The position numbers were made by a program, and so were the translations under genes. 39,075 nt of DNA from Bigelowiella natans CCMP2755 (taxonomy: Eukaryota > Protista > Cercozoa), in contig ADNK01000020.1 in NCBI GenBank assembly GCA_000320545.1, forward strand, positions 1 to 39,075. The letters run 5' to 3'. The notes below the pieces were generated by a model that was not told where the DNA came from, did no database searches, and saw only the letters and a program-made list of their open reading frames with translations. Positions 12,450-23,638 of the stretch are shown here, one piece after another; the stretch's first letter is position 1; every line of letters starts with the position of its first letter.

Positions 12450-15400
12450 TTACAAAGCATCATCGCTAATTCTCGCCTGCTCATCATTTTGATTACGAGT
12501 AGATTGGTTGGCACTGCACTCATAATCGACAAATTTTGCGCTCGGTCTAGGAACAGATGACTCAGTAGAAACATGAGAATCCTTCTTAGGCCCCTTAAGC
12601 AAGTGATCAGTGAGGCCGCTGAGTTTGATTCCTTTCCCAGATTTTGCTTCAGATTCCCTTCGAGATGAAAAACCAGGTAATTTGTTGCTATCTTTTCTCT
12701 CTTTCTTAAGCTGCTCAATTACTGAAGCATGGTCCTCATTGAAAACTTCACGTAAGAACTCACAAGCTGACTTATTGCCCCACTTTTTCGAGTCCCAGAA
12801 GTTCTGAATAAGATCGATTCGATGACGACAATCCTCACTCGCGGAATCCTGTTGATCGACAATATTGCAATTTAGCTAAGGATTCTGAAAATCAAATTAG
12901 ATTCTTTAGTTAATGTAAGCAATCATCGATACCATTTTTCTGAGAAAGATACTACTCGCAAAATCCCGAAGTTTATTCTCACATATACGCCTGTTTTTCT
13001 CCGTTGCTCTCAGTTTTGTGTCATTTTCCTTCAGTTGACGTCTATAGGCGTTCATGTTAATACACTCTTGTGGCCTCTGGTTCGATGCGATCTATGTGTG
13101 GCAGCGTATCAGGCATTGGTAAAACATTGATGTAGCACTAGCTTTATAACATCCATTAAATACGAGCTTCGCTGTAGGTTAGTTAGAACCTCCCAAAGTG
13201 CCATCCCTAGGCCCCATAGATCTGTGTACTTCGTGAATACATCCGTAACGTAGGCGCATGGATCGTTGTCTACAGTGCTTATACCGATGAAATTATTAAC
13301 GGTGTAACCGGAGCGTTTTCCAACATGATCAAATCTTCTTGCCAACCCAAAATCACCTATGACAACCTGCAAAAGCGAGGGACACACGAAAACACATTGA
13401 AGTTATGGACTAGAAGTTTACACTCGTTGTAGATCGGCCATTAATTCGTTTCTACTTACTACCGTTCCATCGTGCTTCATAAAGAGGTTGCGAGTGCCTA
13501 TATCTCTATGCAATATGTTACGGAAATGAAGATGGGCAAGTCCTCGACAAACATCCAGCGCAATGCGGCGAAACACAATCGGCTTCTGCAAATTCTGCGT
13601 TGTTCGCAATTTATCCAAGCTTCCTTTGTCGCAGAATTCAATAATTGGGCAATGTGAGTTTCCTTCCAAAATAGAAAATCCGAGTAGCTTTACAATATTC
13701 GGATGACTCGTTCCATCTTTCTGTGTTAGAGCTAAAATCTCAATCTCTTTGTCGCCTATCAATCGGCTAAGATTTTCGTCAAATTTCCTGATTCCACTGG
13801 TGACTTTAGAACTCCCCACCTGATTGGAAGTCGGTCCTGTTTCCACCACCGCTACCTTACTCACAATAGCTTTTCCATACTCATTCTCAGCAATGGAACC
13901 ACTACAGCTACCATTGTTCGAATATTTCATCATAGCTGCGTTTTCTTCGCCCATTGAAATATAATTATCATAAGAGTTGTCTTGTGGTTGATCTCTCTCT
14001 CCTCCTCCGCTTGTTTTTTGTATCGGTGCATTGGCTTTCTCAGACTGGTCTACCCAATACCCGTCGTATTCTTTTTCGTCGCTAAAGCTTCCTTTAGAAT
14101 CATAGCCATCAATCATTTTGATGTACCCAGAAGTTACAGTATCCCTCTTCACCTGATGCTTCTCTATCGTATGGCTAGGGGCGTTCTGGGGTATTTTAAT
14201 CACTGCCAATGAGCTTTCTGTGCCCGTCACTCTCATTCCCCTCCGCTTCATGGTAATTTTGTAGGTTTGCCCATAGTGTCCCTTACCCAAACAATTACTG
14301 TCATTTTTTTCAAACATGAAGTCATAGCCTTCCCACAATAGCTTAGATCCATATTTCGTCTCTAAACGCTGGATGTCTCTTTTCTTCTTCCTCCAGTAAA
14401 GAAAACATAAGAGCAAAGCAATGAATACAAGCACGGCTGATGTGGCGCTAAGGCTTATAGTTATTCTTCTATCGTTTGAACTAGAGTTATGCAGCTCAGT
14501 ATTCGTGATAATTGGAGAGGAAGTAGGTGACGAGCTTGGCATTCTCGTAGGGTTCATAGTGGCTGTTGGAACCTGAAACAGCAGCGTGAGAGCAATCATA
14601 GAATAACAGGAACAGAACATACAAGCTATTTGTGACTCTCATATATTTACACGTGTGCACCATAGATTATATATTACAGAGTAAGAGTATTATATAATCT
14701 ATATATTAATATCAAAACGTAATATTGAAAATTTAGACGCACAACCTTAGTAAATGTAGACTGAAGCCAACTCAAGTACCCCACCCCCTGATCTACAAGA
14801 ACAAGTCCATCATGATCTACATTCGGTGGAAGGTATTGGAGGCCGCGTGGCTTCATATAACGCGCTTCTGACAATTGAGCATTTGGCGTAAATCTGTTAT
14901 CACTGTCATTGCCAGCAAGTGTCTGTACAAGGCCAGATTGAACGGTGATTGCTCGAACGCGACTTCCCTGCAGAAGAGTCAATAATGATAATGGCTACAT
15001 GAAGCGATAAATCATCCAGAGAAAGGAAAACGAAAACTAATTCGAATTTCCGCCATGAAAATGTGAGCATATCATTGCTATGTCCGTTATTGTAGTACCG
15101 CTGTGAGGTAGAGAAAGACGTTCGGTTCGTTGTACAGCGTATCGTCTACAGTAATATACAAAGGCATTGGGATTCTCGCAACATGTGCATATCCATCTTT
15201 ATGGGTGGTTCCAAGTGGTTCGCCTACGCCGACCAGGGTTTCAACTAAATTGCTGCTGAAATTTATGGAGCGTATCCTTCCGTGGTAATGATCAGCGACG
15301 AATAGGCATTGAAGCAGTGCTGAGTAACATAATCCACGAGGACTCCAGAAATTAGCCAGGCTGAACGCTCCATCCACTGGACCATAAGAAGTTGAGAACT

Positions 15401-15836
15401 TCGTGAAACTACCACTACCCGCCACAGTAGTTACCTCGTTTTCTGCAACACGAATTCTTCGAATCCTATTCCCAGCCTGAAGCAAATAATAGTGTAAAGA
15501 AGGAGGAGCATCGTTTGAAATATATTATACACCGATTAAACAGAAGCACATAAAAGCGCAAATTCAAAAGCAAATAGAGAAAGTATCAATAATGATTGTC
15601 GTACTGAATCAGAGACAAACAGCTCCACAGAGGTAGATGAACGATTGACAACGAGATCAAATGGTGCATTGAATGTTGCCCAACGAAGCGCTCCATCTTG
15701 ATAATATCCTAGTCCAAATGGCCCATCTTTATTCCCATAGTATGCAATACCAGCAACTGTGGTCACCTGATATATGTGAAGAATATCTCATTTTCCTACT
15801 TGTAAGATGTTACAGTTTTGCATGATTTTTTAAAAA

Positions 15837-15877
<41 letters not shown>

Positions 15878-15938
15878 GTATTTTAACCGCACCTAGCGCA
15901 CCGGCTTACTAAAACAAGTTACAAAAATTAGAAAAGTT

Positions 15939-16003
<65 letters not shown>

Positions 16004-16041
16004 TGTGTGTGTGAATAAATATGTTAAGTGATGTTTAGGAA

Positions 16042-16082
<41 letters not shown>

Positions 16083-16820
16083 CCTCCGCAGTTGAGATGT
16101 TTATTCTCCTTATCACCATCCCTCCCTTTTTACATGAATGCAAGTAGGACGGGAGAGAAGAATCATTAGCACTTCCTATCGAAATATTAACCGTGAAGAT
16201 GATACTCACCTGATCTGCTATGAACAAGAGGCTTGGATTTTGGTTGGGAAATATGTCGAGTCCTTTTGGCGAATCAAACGTGGCCCATGGAGGCGACCCA
16301 TCATAAACAGAAGGCCCCCCTGCATAAGAATGATAACAATAATAGAACTAAGCACTGATACATTATACTTTTTCTCATTATTTCTGAACACATGCGTCCT
16401 CAATGTCACGCATTACAAGTCGAGTCTCCGATGATCCGGGGTGTATATGAGCTATTTTTTAAAGCGGTCGTTGGATTAAAGCTGTAAACCTGAATATATA
16501 TTACAATTTTTTTTCTTGTCAAAGATGCCATCGTCTGACATATCTAGATGCGGGTACCCGATCCTTCAAAGTCGCGAATATTGTCTCATTCCCGTTGCTC
16601 CCTGTTACACTTTCAAAGTGATACCTGATTTACAGTGATTATGAAGGAGATCCCAAGACTTGTTGGTCCGAAGTCATAGGTATACAAAGTATGCTGTTGT
16701 AAAATTTTGTTATGACCTTCCAAATTGGGTGAGAACTGTTGAATGACCACCGTAGAATTGTGAGTGGGAGTTCAATGCTTGAAGCACAATTGATAAGTGA
16801 AGTGCAACTTTAGACCGCAT
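12450..16820 (-). CDS. NHL-repeat (beta-propeller) single-pass receptor kinase with a tyrosine-kinase-type catalytic loop
   Basis: Putative ATG at 16820 (MRSKVALHLSIVLQALNSHS, signal-peptide-like). Upstream exons join in phase. NHL repeats: ATFDSPKGL...FIADQ, VTTVAG...DG...ATFNAPFDL, ANFWSPRGL...LFVADHYHGRIRSI. A PT/PS-rich stalk precedes a TM helix (ISLSATSAVLVFIALLLCFLYW-RKKKR). Kinase motifs: LGKGHYG, AVIK, HPNIVKLLG, EFCDKGSL, HRDIGTRN, IGDFGLAR, TDLWGLGMALWE. C-terminal exons and the stop (~12450) are uncertain. Confidence 0.88.
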
Positions 16821-17190
16821 CTTGAGGGGGCGATGTACCTGCTGACTATGCTACCGATGAAGACTCTCGGGTAGAAGACGCAATCATTTAGACTGAATGG
16901 AATTGTTGGCTACGTTAGTGCAGGTTGGGTGTTGGGTGCACCCTTTCGAGTCCCATGCGACGGGCGACCGATCGAAGTCGTCCTGGTTCCATTGGCACAA
17001 TTGAAAATGCCACAAATCCGAGGTGATTTCCCAGTTGCGTCAAGTGACTACTGAGATTTTCGGGATTTGTTACTCCTCTTCTCCGTGAATCTCGGGAGAG
17101 GCCTTCCTATCTCATCGGGAAGGAGGTAGGCCTGATCGCCATCCCAACTGAGGAGGAGGCCGGTCGGAACAAAGTGAGCTCTCACTCAAG
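16821..17190. promoter_or_regulatory. Probable bidirectional promoter between the receptor kinase and RABL3
   Basis: The two predicted start codons diverge across 370 bp. No specific motif identified. Confidence 0.45.
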
Positions 17191-18286
17191 ATGTCAGCGG
17201 GTTCCTTCGGTGAGGTGTCAAAGGTACGGATCCTCGTCGTAGGAGACTCAGGTAAATATAGGGAAACGAAAAGGCGTTCGAAAGTGTGACCAAATTTTTC
17301 TCAGGGGTAGGAAAGACGTCACTTGTACACCAAATTTGCTTTGGTAACATCTTGTCGGATCCTCGATGGACCGTTGGATGTCAAACAGAAGTGAAGGTTT
17401 GGAATAAAACTTTATCTAGCGTCTATGGAAACGTGATGAAGAACCGATGATATTTTTTAGCTTCAGCCCCATCGTGCCAGCAGTAAAAAGTTTTTCCTAG
17501 AATTTTGGGATGTTGGAGGCTCTCGGAAATACAAACTCACGCGGAGTATATTTTATTCACAAATTAATGGTACCCTATTCCAAATTCGAGAACGCGATAG
17601 TATATAACTCTTGTTTGCATTGTTTATCCAGGAATCATGCTGGTATTCGACCTCAACAACAGGAAATCATATCTTAATTTGCGTAAATGGATAAAGGAGA
17701 TTGTGCATGTGGCGCGAACGAAGGTAAAATCAGTTTTATGAAAAGTAAACCTATAATAAAAATCATCTTTGCAGGGAATTGAAGAGAGCTACGTCTATCA
17801 CGATTCTTCATCCAGTGCATATCGGGAAGATGTGTCGTCACTCGGTTCGCTGCCGGTCATAGTAGTCGGAAACAAAAAGGATTTGCAAGACAAAAAAAGT
17901 CCAAGGACATACAACACAATAAAGGACTTGGGCTTCAACTGCGTTTCCATGGTCACAAATGCATCACAGAGTGAAAGAGTTCTATCAATTTAAAAAAATG
18001 GTTTTCTGTATACTAGAGCTCTTTGAAAAAGTTTACCGCTGAGGAAAATGGAGAGCTGGAAAATTTCTTCAAAAAAGTCATAGAGCGGCGATATTATCGC
18101 TCACATACAGATAAACATAGCTCAAAGGTTCTTAGGAGAGCTGGAACGTCGAAAAATGATGAAGGTAAAAATTTTGAACATAAAGCTAAACATGATGTTA
18201 TCGTTTTATGTCACCTTTTTATTCTCAGAAAAGGTGTAAATTTCCTGACCGTGTTACTATTTTTAGATGGCTTCCATTTTTTATGA
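17191..18286 (+). CDS. RABL3: Rab-like protein 3 (small GTPase), 7 predicted exons
   Basis: Spliced product MSAGSFGEVSKVRILVVGDSGVGKTSLVHQIC...PRWTVGCQTEVK...FLEFWDVGGSRKYKLTRSIFYSQINGIMLVFDLNNRKSYLNLRKW...PVIVVGNKKD. WTVGC and WDVGGS are RabL3 hallmarks. No C-terminal prenylation Cys (ends EDGFHFL). Confidence 0.93.
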
Positions 18287-18769
18287 GAGCATCTATGATG
18301 TGCCGAGACATAACACTAGTCCTGGGTGCATTTACGGATGGACGGATCGGAGGTGTAATTCTTATTATCCACCAAACACTGGTGGCACGGAGCAGCCTCG
18401 TGAGAGGTTAATATCTGGATTACCAAAGATACATTATTATATTGCATCAGCGGCACGGTCAATATGTGCATACCTGTGCTATTATTGATATCTCACATGA
18501 TGCCGTTGGTCGCTAAGCAGCTAACGCAAAGCTTGCTTCGTCAAGAATTTATTTTCTACGATGTTTCGACCTACATCATAGCGTATATGCCTACCATATA
18601 TTCACATGCAGATTATGCTACTAGCAACTATAGACACTATGTGATAGCATATATATAACTATAGACACTGCGTGTATGCTACTATACATGCATCATACTA
18701 GCTACACATATCTGTCTAGATTTAGGGGCATAAACGCATACAATATCTAGATAGCCATCCTACATGCAT

Positions 18770-18910
18770 GTATGTATGAGGCCGGGATGTAACAAATGAA
18801 TGAGTTACATTTCATCAATCAGCTATGCCGAGCGAGACGGGTGTAACAAATGTATTAAATTCTTCAATTGTCAGCTTAATTAAAATAACTGTACAAAAGC
18901 TGCGGCTATC
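18770..18910 (-). repeat. Two degenerate inverted fragments of the dispersed repeat's 3' end
   Basis: gaggccgggatgtaacaaatg... and gagacgggtgtaacaaatgtattaaattcttcaattgtca resemble gagacggatgtaatgaaatgtttaaattgtttcaatggtca at 38281. Confidence 0.6.
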
Positions 18911-19393
18911 TAGCTATATGCATCGCATGTAATGATATATAATATGTGAACCGATGCTGTATGTGATTGTTATTTTTGCGGAATGTCTACGTGCATGTAC
19001 TGTGTATAGTGTGGTATATCTAAATCGTCTTATTCGAGTTTACGCAGCGCACGCGGCATCGCTCGTGTATTGTTGGCCTGGTCTGTATCGCGGGACAGCG
19101 TGCGCGGGGCACGTGACTGCTTCGGTCGTTCGAAAGGGTTTCTATCATTTCTGGGGATTACATGTCACATATATGCATGCATGCTAATGCTAATTCATGC
19201 AAAAGCATAGTTGCTACGCTTTTCAATACGACTTCTGTTCAATACGACCTCTGCTTGGCCTATGTGTAGCTACGCCAAGCCACGTCACGTCACATCTCTT
19301 TCAATTGAAACTTAAATTTCCATCGATGTGCACAGTAAGGTAAAGTGTGACGACCAAAATGTTAAAGATAATCTCCTTCGTGAAGCATAGTGC

Positions 19394-20596
19394 TCAGCAC
19401 AGATGCTTCTCGAAAGCAGCTAAACTGCCGGACATTTTGTACAGAAGATACCCAGATCCTTGAGTTAAAGCAATCTGAGCCGCTTGCCTGGCTTTATACC
19501 GCAATCCTGAGAGTGATAAAGAAAGATTTAGCGGACTGAATGAACTAAGTGGTATTACTGCAGTTGCAATAACCTGGTCGCTCCCCTGAAGGTGCTGATT
19601 TGATGGATGAATTTCCCCTGGTTAAATAACGTACTATCTCGTCCGCCTCTTTGTCCGTGATATCTAATTTAAGAAGCAACTTGAGAATATGTATTCTATG
19701 TATGTAATATTATGTATTCACCTGGCAGCGAAGGAAGACGAAAATTTGCACCGTCCTCGTTTGTTGTTATCCAATTATCAAATTCTTTCATTGAAAATCT
19801 GCACGAATTGGTAAATATTTGAGTTTCAGTTTGAGAAACCATTCAGGAATATTTTACCTTTCCGCTTGCCTCCGACTTAGCGGTATACGCCTCCCTTTGT
19901 AGTCGCGAATGAATGTATTGTTTGGAGCTAACTTTTTCCAATTGTGAAAATCAGAATATACTTTGTGCAGGAGCTGTTTGACAAAACAAGCACAGTAGTC
20001 AGCGGTTGAACCGAGCAACACGTTTAAGTCTTAAGACTTACAAATTTTTTCTGCCACCACGAAGGGAGTTCAATGTTATATTTCTTGAGTTTGTTGAGAG
20101 CGTGAGGCCTCGTGTATTCAATGTAAGTTGTATCCCCTTCCTCCTCCACCGGAAACCACGAAAATGCATAAGGGTCCGCATGCTCAAACGCCCACTTCGT
20201 GCGCTCCTCTGGGCACATGCGTTCGTATATCTGGGTCAGCTCTTTTATGGCAACTTTTTGATCGAGATTGCGATTGCGATTGTATTTTCCTCGTCTATAG
20301 ATATCGAGGCTCCTATCCAAGAAAGCGTAGTATCCTTTTATATCCGTTTTGGTCCAATTTCGAGGCAACTTACTGGTTCCCACTAGCTGCTTAGACCTTA
20401 GTTTGATTACTGCAGGATTACAGCCGGTTACTTGTGGCCCTTTTTTGTACCTCGCCCGTCTACCCGTTCCTCCACCCCTCAAAAACGATGGAACCCTATT
20501 ATCTCTGAAGTCATCCAGCCTTGTTGTCAATAGAGCCAAGCCCACAACAAAGAACAATAAAATATCGCGAGGCGAGAGCAGGCAATTCTTGATCAT
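19394..20596 (-). CDS. Hypothetical protein with N-terminal signal peptide/anchor, multi-exon
   Basis: The 190 aa ORF begins MIKNCLLSPRDILLFFVVGLALLTT and has a strong donor (KKF|gtaagt). Phase-compatible downstream exons give LQNNTFIRDYKGRR..., FSMKEFDNWITTNEDG..., DITDKEADEIVRYL.... The 3' end is uncertain and I recognise no domain. Confidence 0.65.
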
Positions 20597-20974
20597 CTTT
20601 GGTTAGGGTAAGGAAAGTGGCTATGTTAAGTTCAAAAGAGCTTGGTGCAGTCGGTAATTGAAGTCATGGTGACATACATGCGGAGTATGTGTTGGGCCAA
20701 GCCGGGCAGCGCTTGGTTTACGAAACATATAAACGCAGGAGAATTACATCCAAGCGACATCGAATCTCGGACTATTGCAAAGAACTAACGAATTTCTGGT
20801 GCTTCGAATGTGCGACAATAAGATGGACCATGTACTTCATAAAACCTCAGTTTCACAGGCAATGCGAGTGACAGATTTCCGATGTTGGCTTAGTTGTCGC
20901 AGGGGGGGAAAATCCCAGGATGCTACTTTCTTTTGGTGCAAGATGTTTCAAAACTCAATTCTCGAGAATTCGTG

Positions 20975-21100
20975 TAATGTCTTGTTACATTTTGGAAATG
21001 TAGTTCTTTGTCATTGTTCATTGTTCATTGTTCGTGTCTTGCAACACTTTGGAAATGTAGTTCTTCATCATTGTTTCATTGTTTCATTGTTTCATTGTTT
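20975..21100. repeat. Imperfect ~40 bp direct repeat plus short cattgtt(t) tandem units
   Basis: gtcttgttacattttggaaatgtagttctttgtcattgtt and gtcttgcaacactttggaaatgtagttcttcatcattgtt, each followed by cattgtt(t) repeats. Confidence 0.8.
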
Positions 21101-21726
21101 CCTTCTTGATCGGAGGACGAACCAGCGTGTCTCATGATCCTTTGACCGCTCCAATGGAAGCACTTGTTTTCTTTGTTTCTTTCTTTCTGTTGTGAAACAC
21201 ATGGTTTGCGTGCCTGCGCGCGTGCTTCACAAGATTGACACCGCAGCATCACGGCCAAGGTGCAGAGAAAACGAAGAAATGAAAAACACAACACAGATCG
21301 TTCTTGGAGGGTCTAGACTCATGTGCTCATGACCAGCATGATCCCGCATCAATCTTCAAAATGAGCACATTCATGAGCGAGATGATTGAGCATTCAACTC
21401 CTTGCGCCATCAACAAGTACACACAGATTCAAGCATGCCAGCATGGCCAAACCACCTCATTTCGATGCGTGTGATGGCAGCACAAGCTGGACAAACACAG
21501 CCACCCACATTCATGCCTTTCTAGATTTAGTAGGCAATGCTAAATGCTAACCACATGTTTGGCATGTGCAATTCCAGCTGCTTCGCGTTCATTGTCTGCT
21601 CCTCATCAGTCGCTACACGTGATTGAAGAAATGGGTCAATGCCTCATGTGGCAAGTGCCAAACGCTTGAATCTTTGCAACGTTATGGTGTTTAGCCACGA
21701 CAAACAGAAATCAAATCTGACTTGAA

Positions 21727-23589
21727 TTAGGATGCCTCATCATTTGAAAAAGATATGTCCCAAAATCCTTCAGGTGACTTTGGAATATCGAAATTCCTTC
21801 TGTGGCGCGATACATGATCACATAGGTTACGGCCAAGCAACTCAGCGTCGTCCACCGTATCTTTGACTTCGTTATACCAGGCCTCACACTAATGCACACA
21901 AGAAATGTCGTTTCATAAATAATAGAAGAAATAGGAAAAAGTGTCCGAGTACGTACTTGTGAGCATGGGAATCCTTTCATAGCTTCCCTTTCTGCTTTTT
22001 TCCTCACAACTGGGAGGCAAATGACCTCCTTTGGTTTGGGTATCCGGAATCTGCTTTTTAAGGAATAGATACATCTTTCGGTTGAAGGGATATACAAGAT
22101 ATACAAATGTAAGTACCATTTTGGGGAATTGTTTTGGCACTAGACGATGCTATCGAAGAAGCGTTGAGCTTTGCAGGAGTCACTTGGGAGAGGGGTTCCC
22201 TTGTTGAGGAGCGTGTCCGAGAGAAATCCTCCCTTTTCTTGCTAGTTCTCTTTCTCCCCGTTACGTCATGTTCACAGCATTTCCTCTTCAGATTGTTGCA
22301 TTTTTTGTCGCTTGGAGTAGTAAGATTGGAACTATTGGAAAGGCTTCGGTTTCGCTCGAAACTAGAAGTTGTCTCATTTCTTTATTTCTCGTGGTGGTTG
22401 GTGCTTTAGGATTTGAAATTTTTACCATTCTGATAATAAATACACAACAATTTTGTCTTAATCTTAACTAGTGTTGCTGAAAGAAAAAATAATGACTTGG
22501 AATTGTTTGGGACGTAGAATTCGGTGAACTCTAGAGCAGACTCTGTAGTTGCTTGGGTATCATCTGAATGAAGGTAGAAACGCGTTAGGGAACTATTTAT
22601 CAAAACAGAATATCCATACCTGATAGTATCTTAGTAGGAGGCTTCAGGAGTTTTTCGCCGGTAGGACCACTACTCGTGGCATCCTGATTGAATGTTTGGT
22701 GGGTGATTGCTTCGGGGGACAGAATTTGACTACAACCTCCTCGTTTTTGTCGAATTCTTTGAGAGCCACGACTTGTTCATCCATACCTTTTTGGTACTCT
22801 ACCTTAGGTCTTCTGCATATATCAAGTCAATCGTTCAAAAAATTAGTCATTACTTCTTAAATTAAGAGAATTCGTACTACTTTTGCGTGAGCCTCCTATC
22901 CATAATAATGCCCGCATGAATCCTTTTTTTTAACCTTCTTCCCGGCAATGAATTGTTTCCATTTCAACTTGTCTATTTCCGTCTTTTTTACCAATGCCTT
23001 GAGCTCTTCTCTTGCTTTCTGAAGCAGTCGCTTGAAATCGGCAAGCTGAAATTGCGAAGGCGTTATTTTTACTAGTTGTAGCTTTGGAATTTACACCCCC
23101 CCCCCCCCAAAAAAAACACACACAGTTCCCTTTTCCATCCCAAGATGGAATATTATCGACCTCGGTTTTCATTCTCTCGTGCTCCTGTGCTTGATTCTCA
23201 AGACGCTGTTGCAACGATTGATTCCGCTCTTCGTATTCCAAGGCTTTCTCGCTCCATTGCAGCACTCTCTGCTTCCACTCAGAACCCTTTTGCTTCGAAT
23301 TTTCTTCTTGTTTCTGATTTTCAAGCGTTTGCTGGAGCACCTTGTTTTGCTGCTCCAATTTTAAGGCTCTCTCCTTCCATTCCTTCTCTGCAGCCAAAGC
23401 TCTTTGAGCTTCCCGATACATCCCGACGCACATTGCTAATAGGAATAATTCAAGCACAAAGAACGAATAAACAACGCTCATGAACTAAGTCAATTTTTTG
23501 CTGTGCGAAATTATGTCATCACCTCTGCCGTTCCTCCAGAGCTTGAGCATTGCGCTCCATTGCTCGGCGAGGTCGATCGGGACGGCCAT
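21727..23589 (-). CDS. CtIP: CtIP/Sae2/Ctp1 DNA end-resection factor
   Basis: N-terminal coiled coil (EKEWKERALKLEQQNKVLQQTLENQK...), a low-complexity middle, and the C-terminal SAE2 domain across an intron: PVVRKKAEREAMKGFPCSQ|CEAWY...HVSRHRRNFDIPKSPEGFWDISF (CxxC, RHR, S/T-P-x-x-FW). Start codon tentative. Confidence 0.9.
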
Positions 23590-23638
23590 AATAAATCGCG
23601 CGAACGTGTTTGCCTTATTGTGCTTTCCTTACCCTAGC

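Noticed and set aside
1-18286. Rictor, RTK and RabL3 as a signalling gene cluster
   Set aside because: Neighbouring genes have unrelated functions (sulfate activation, DNA repair, RNA modification); proximity alone is not evidence without synteny data.
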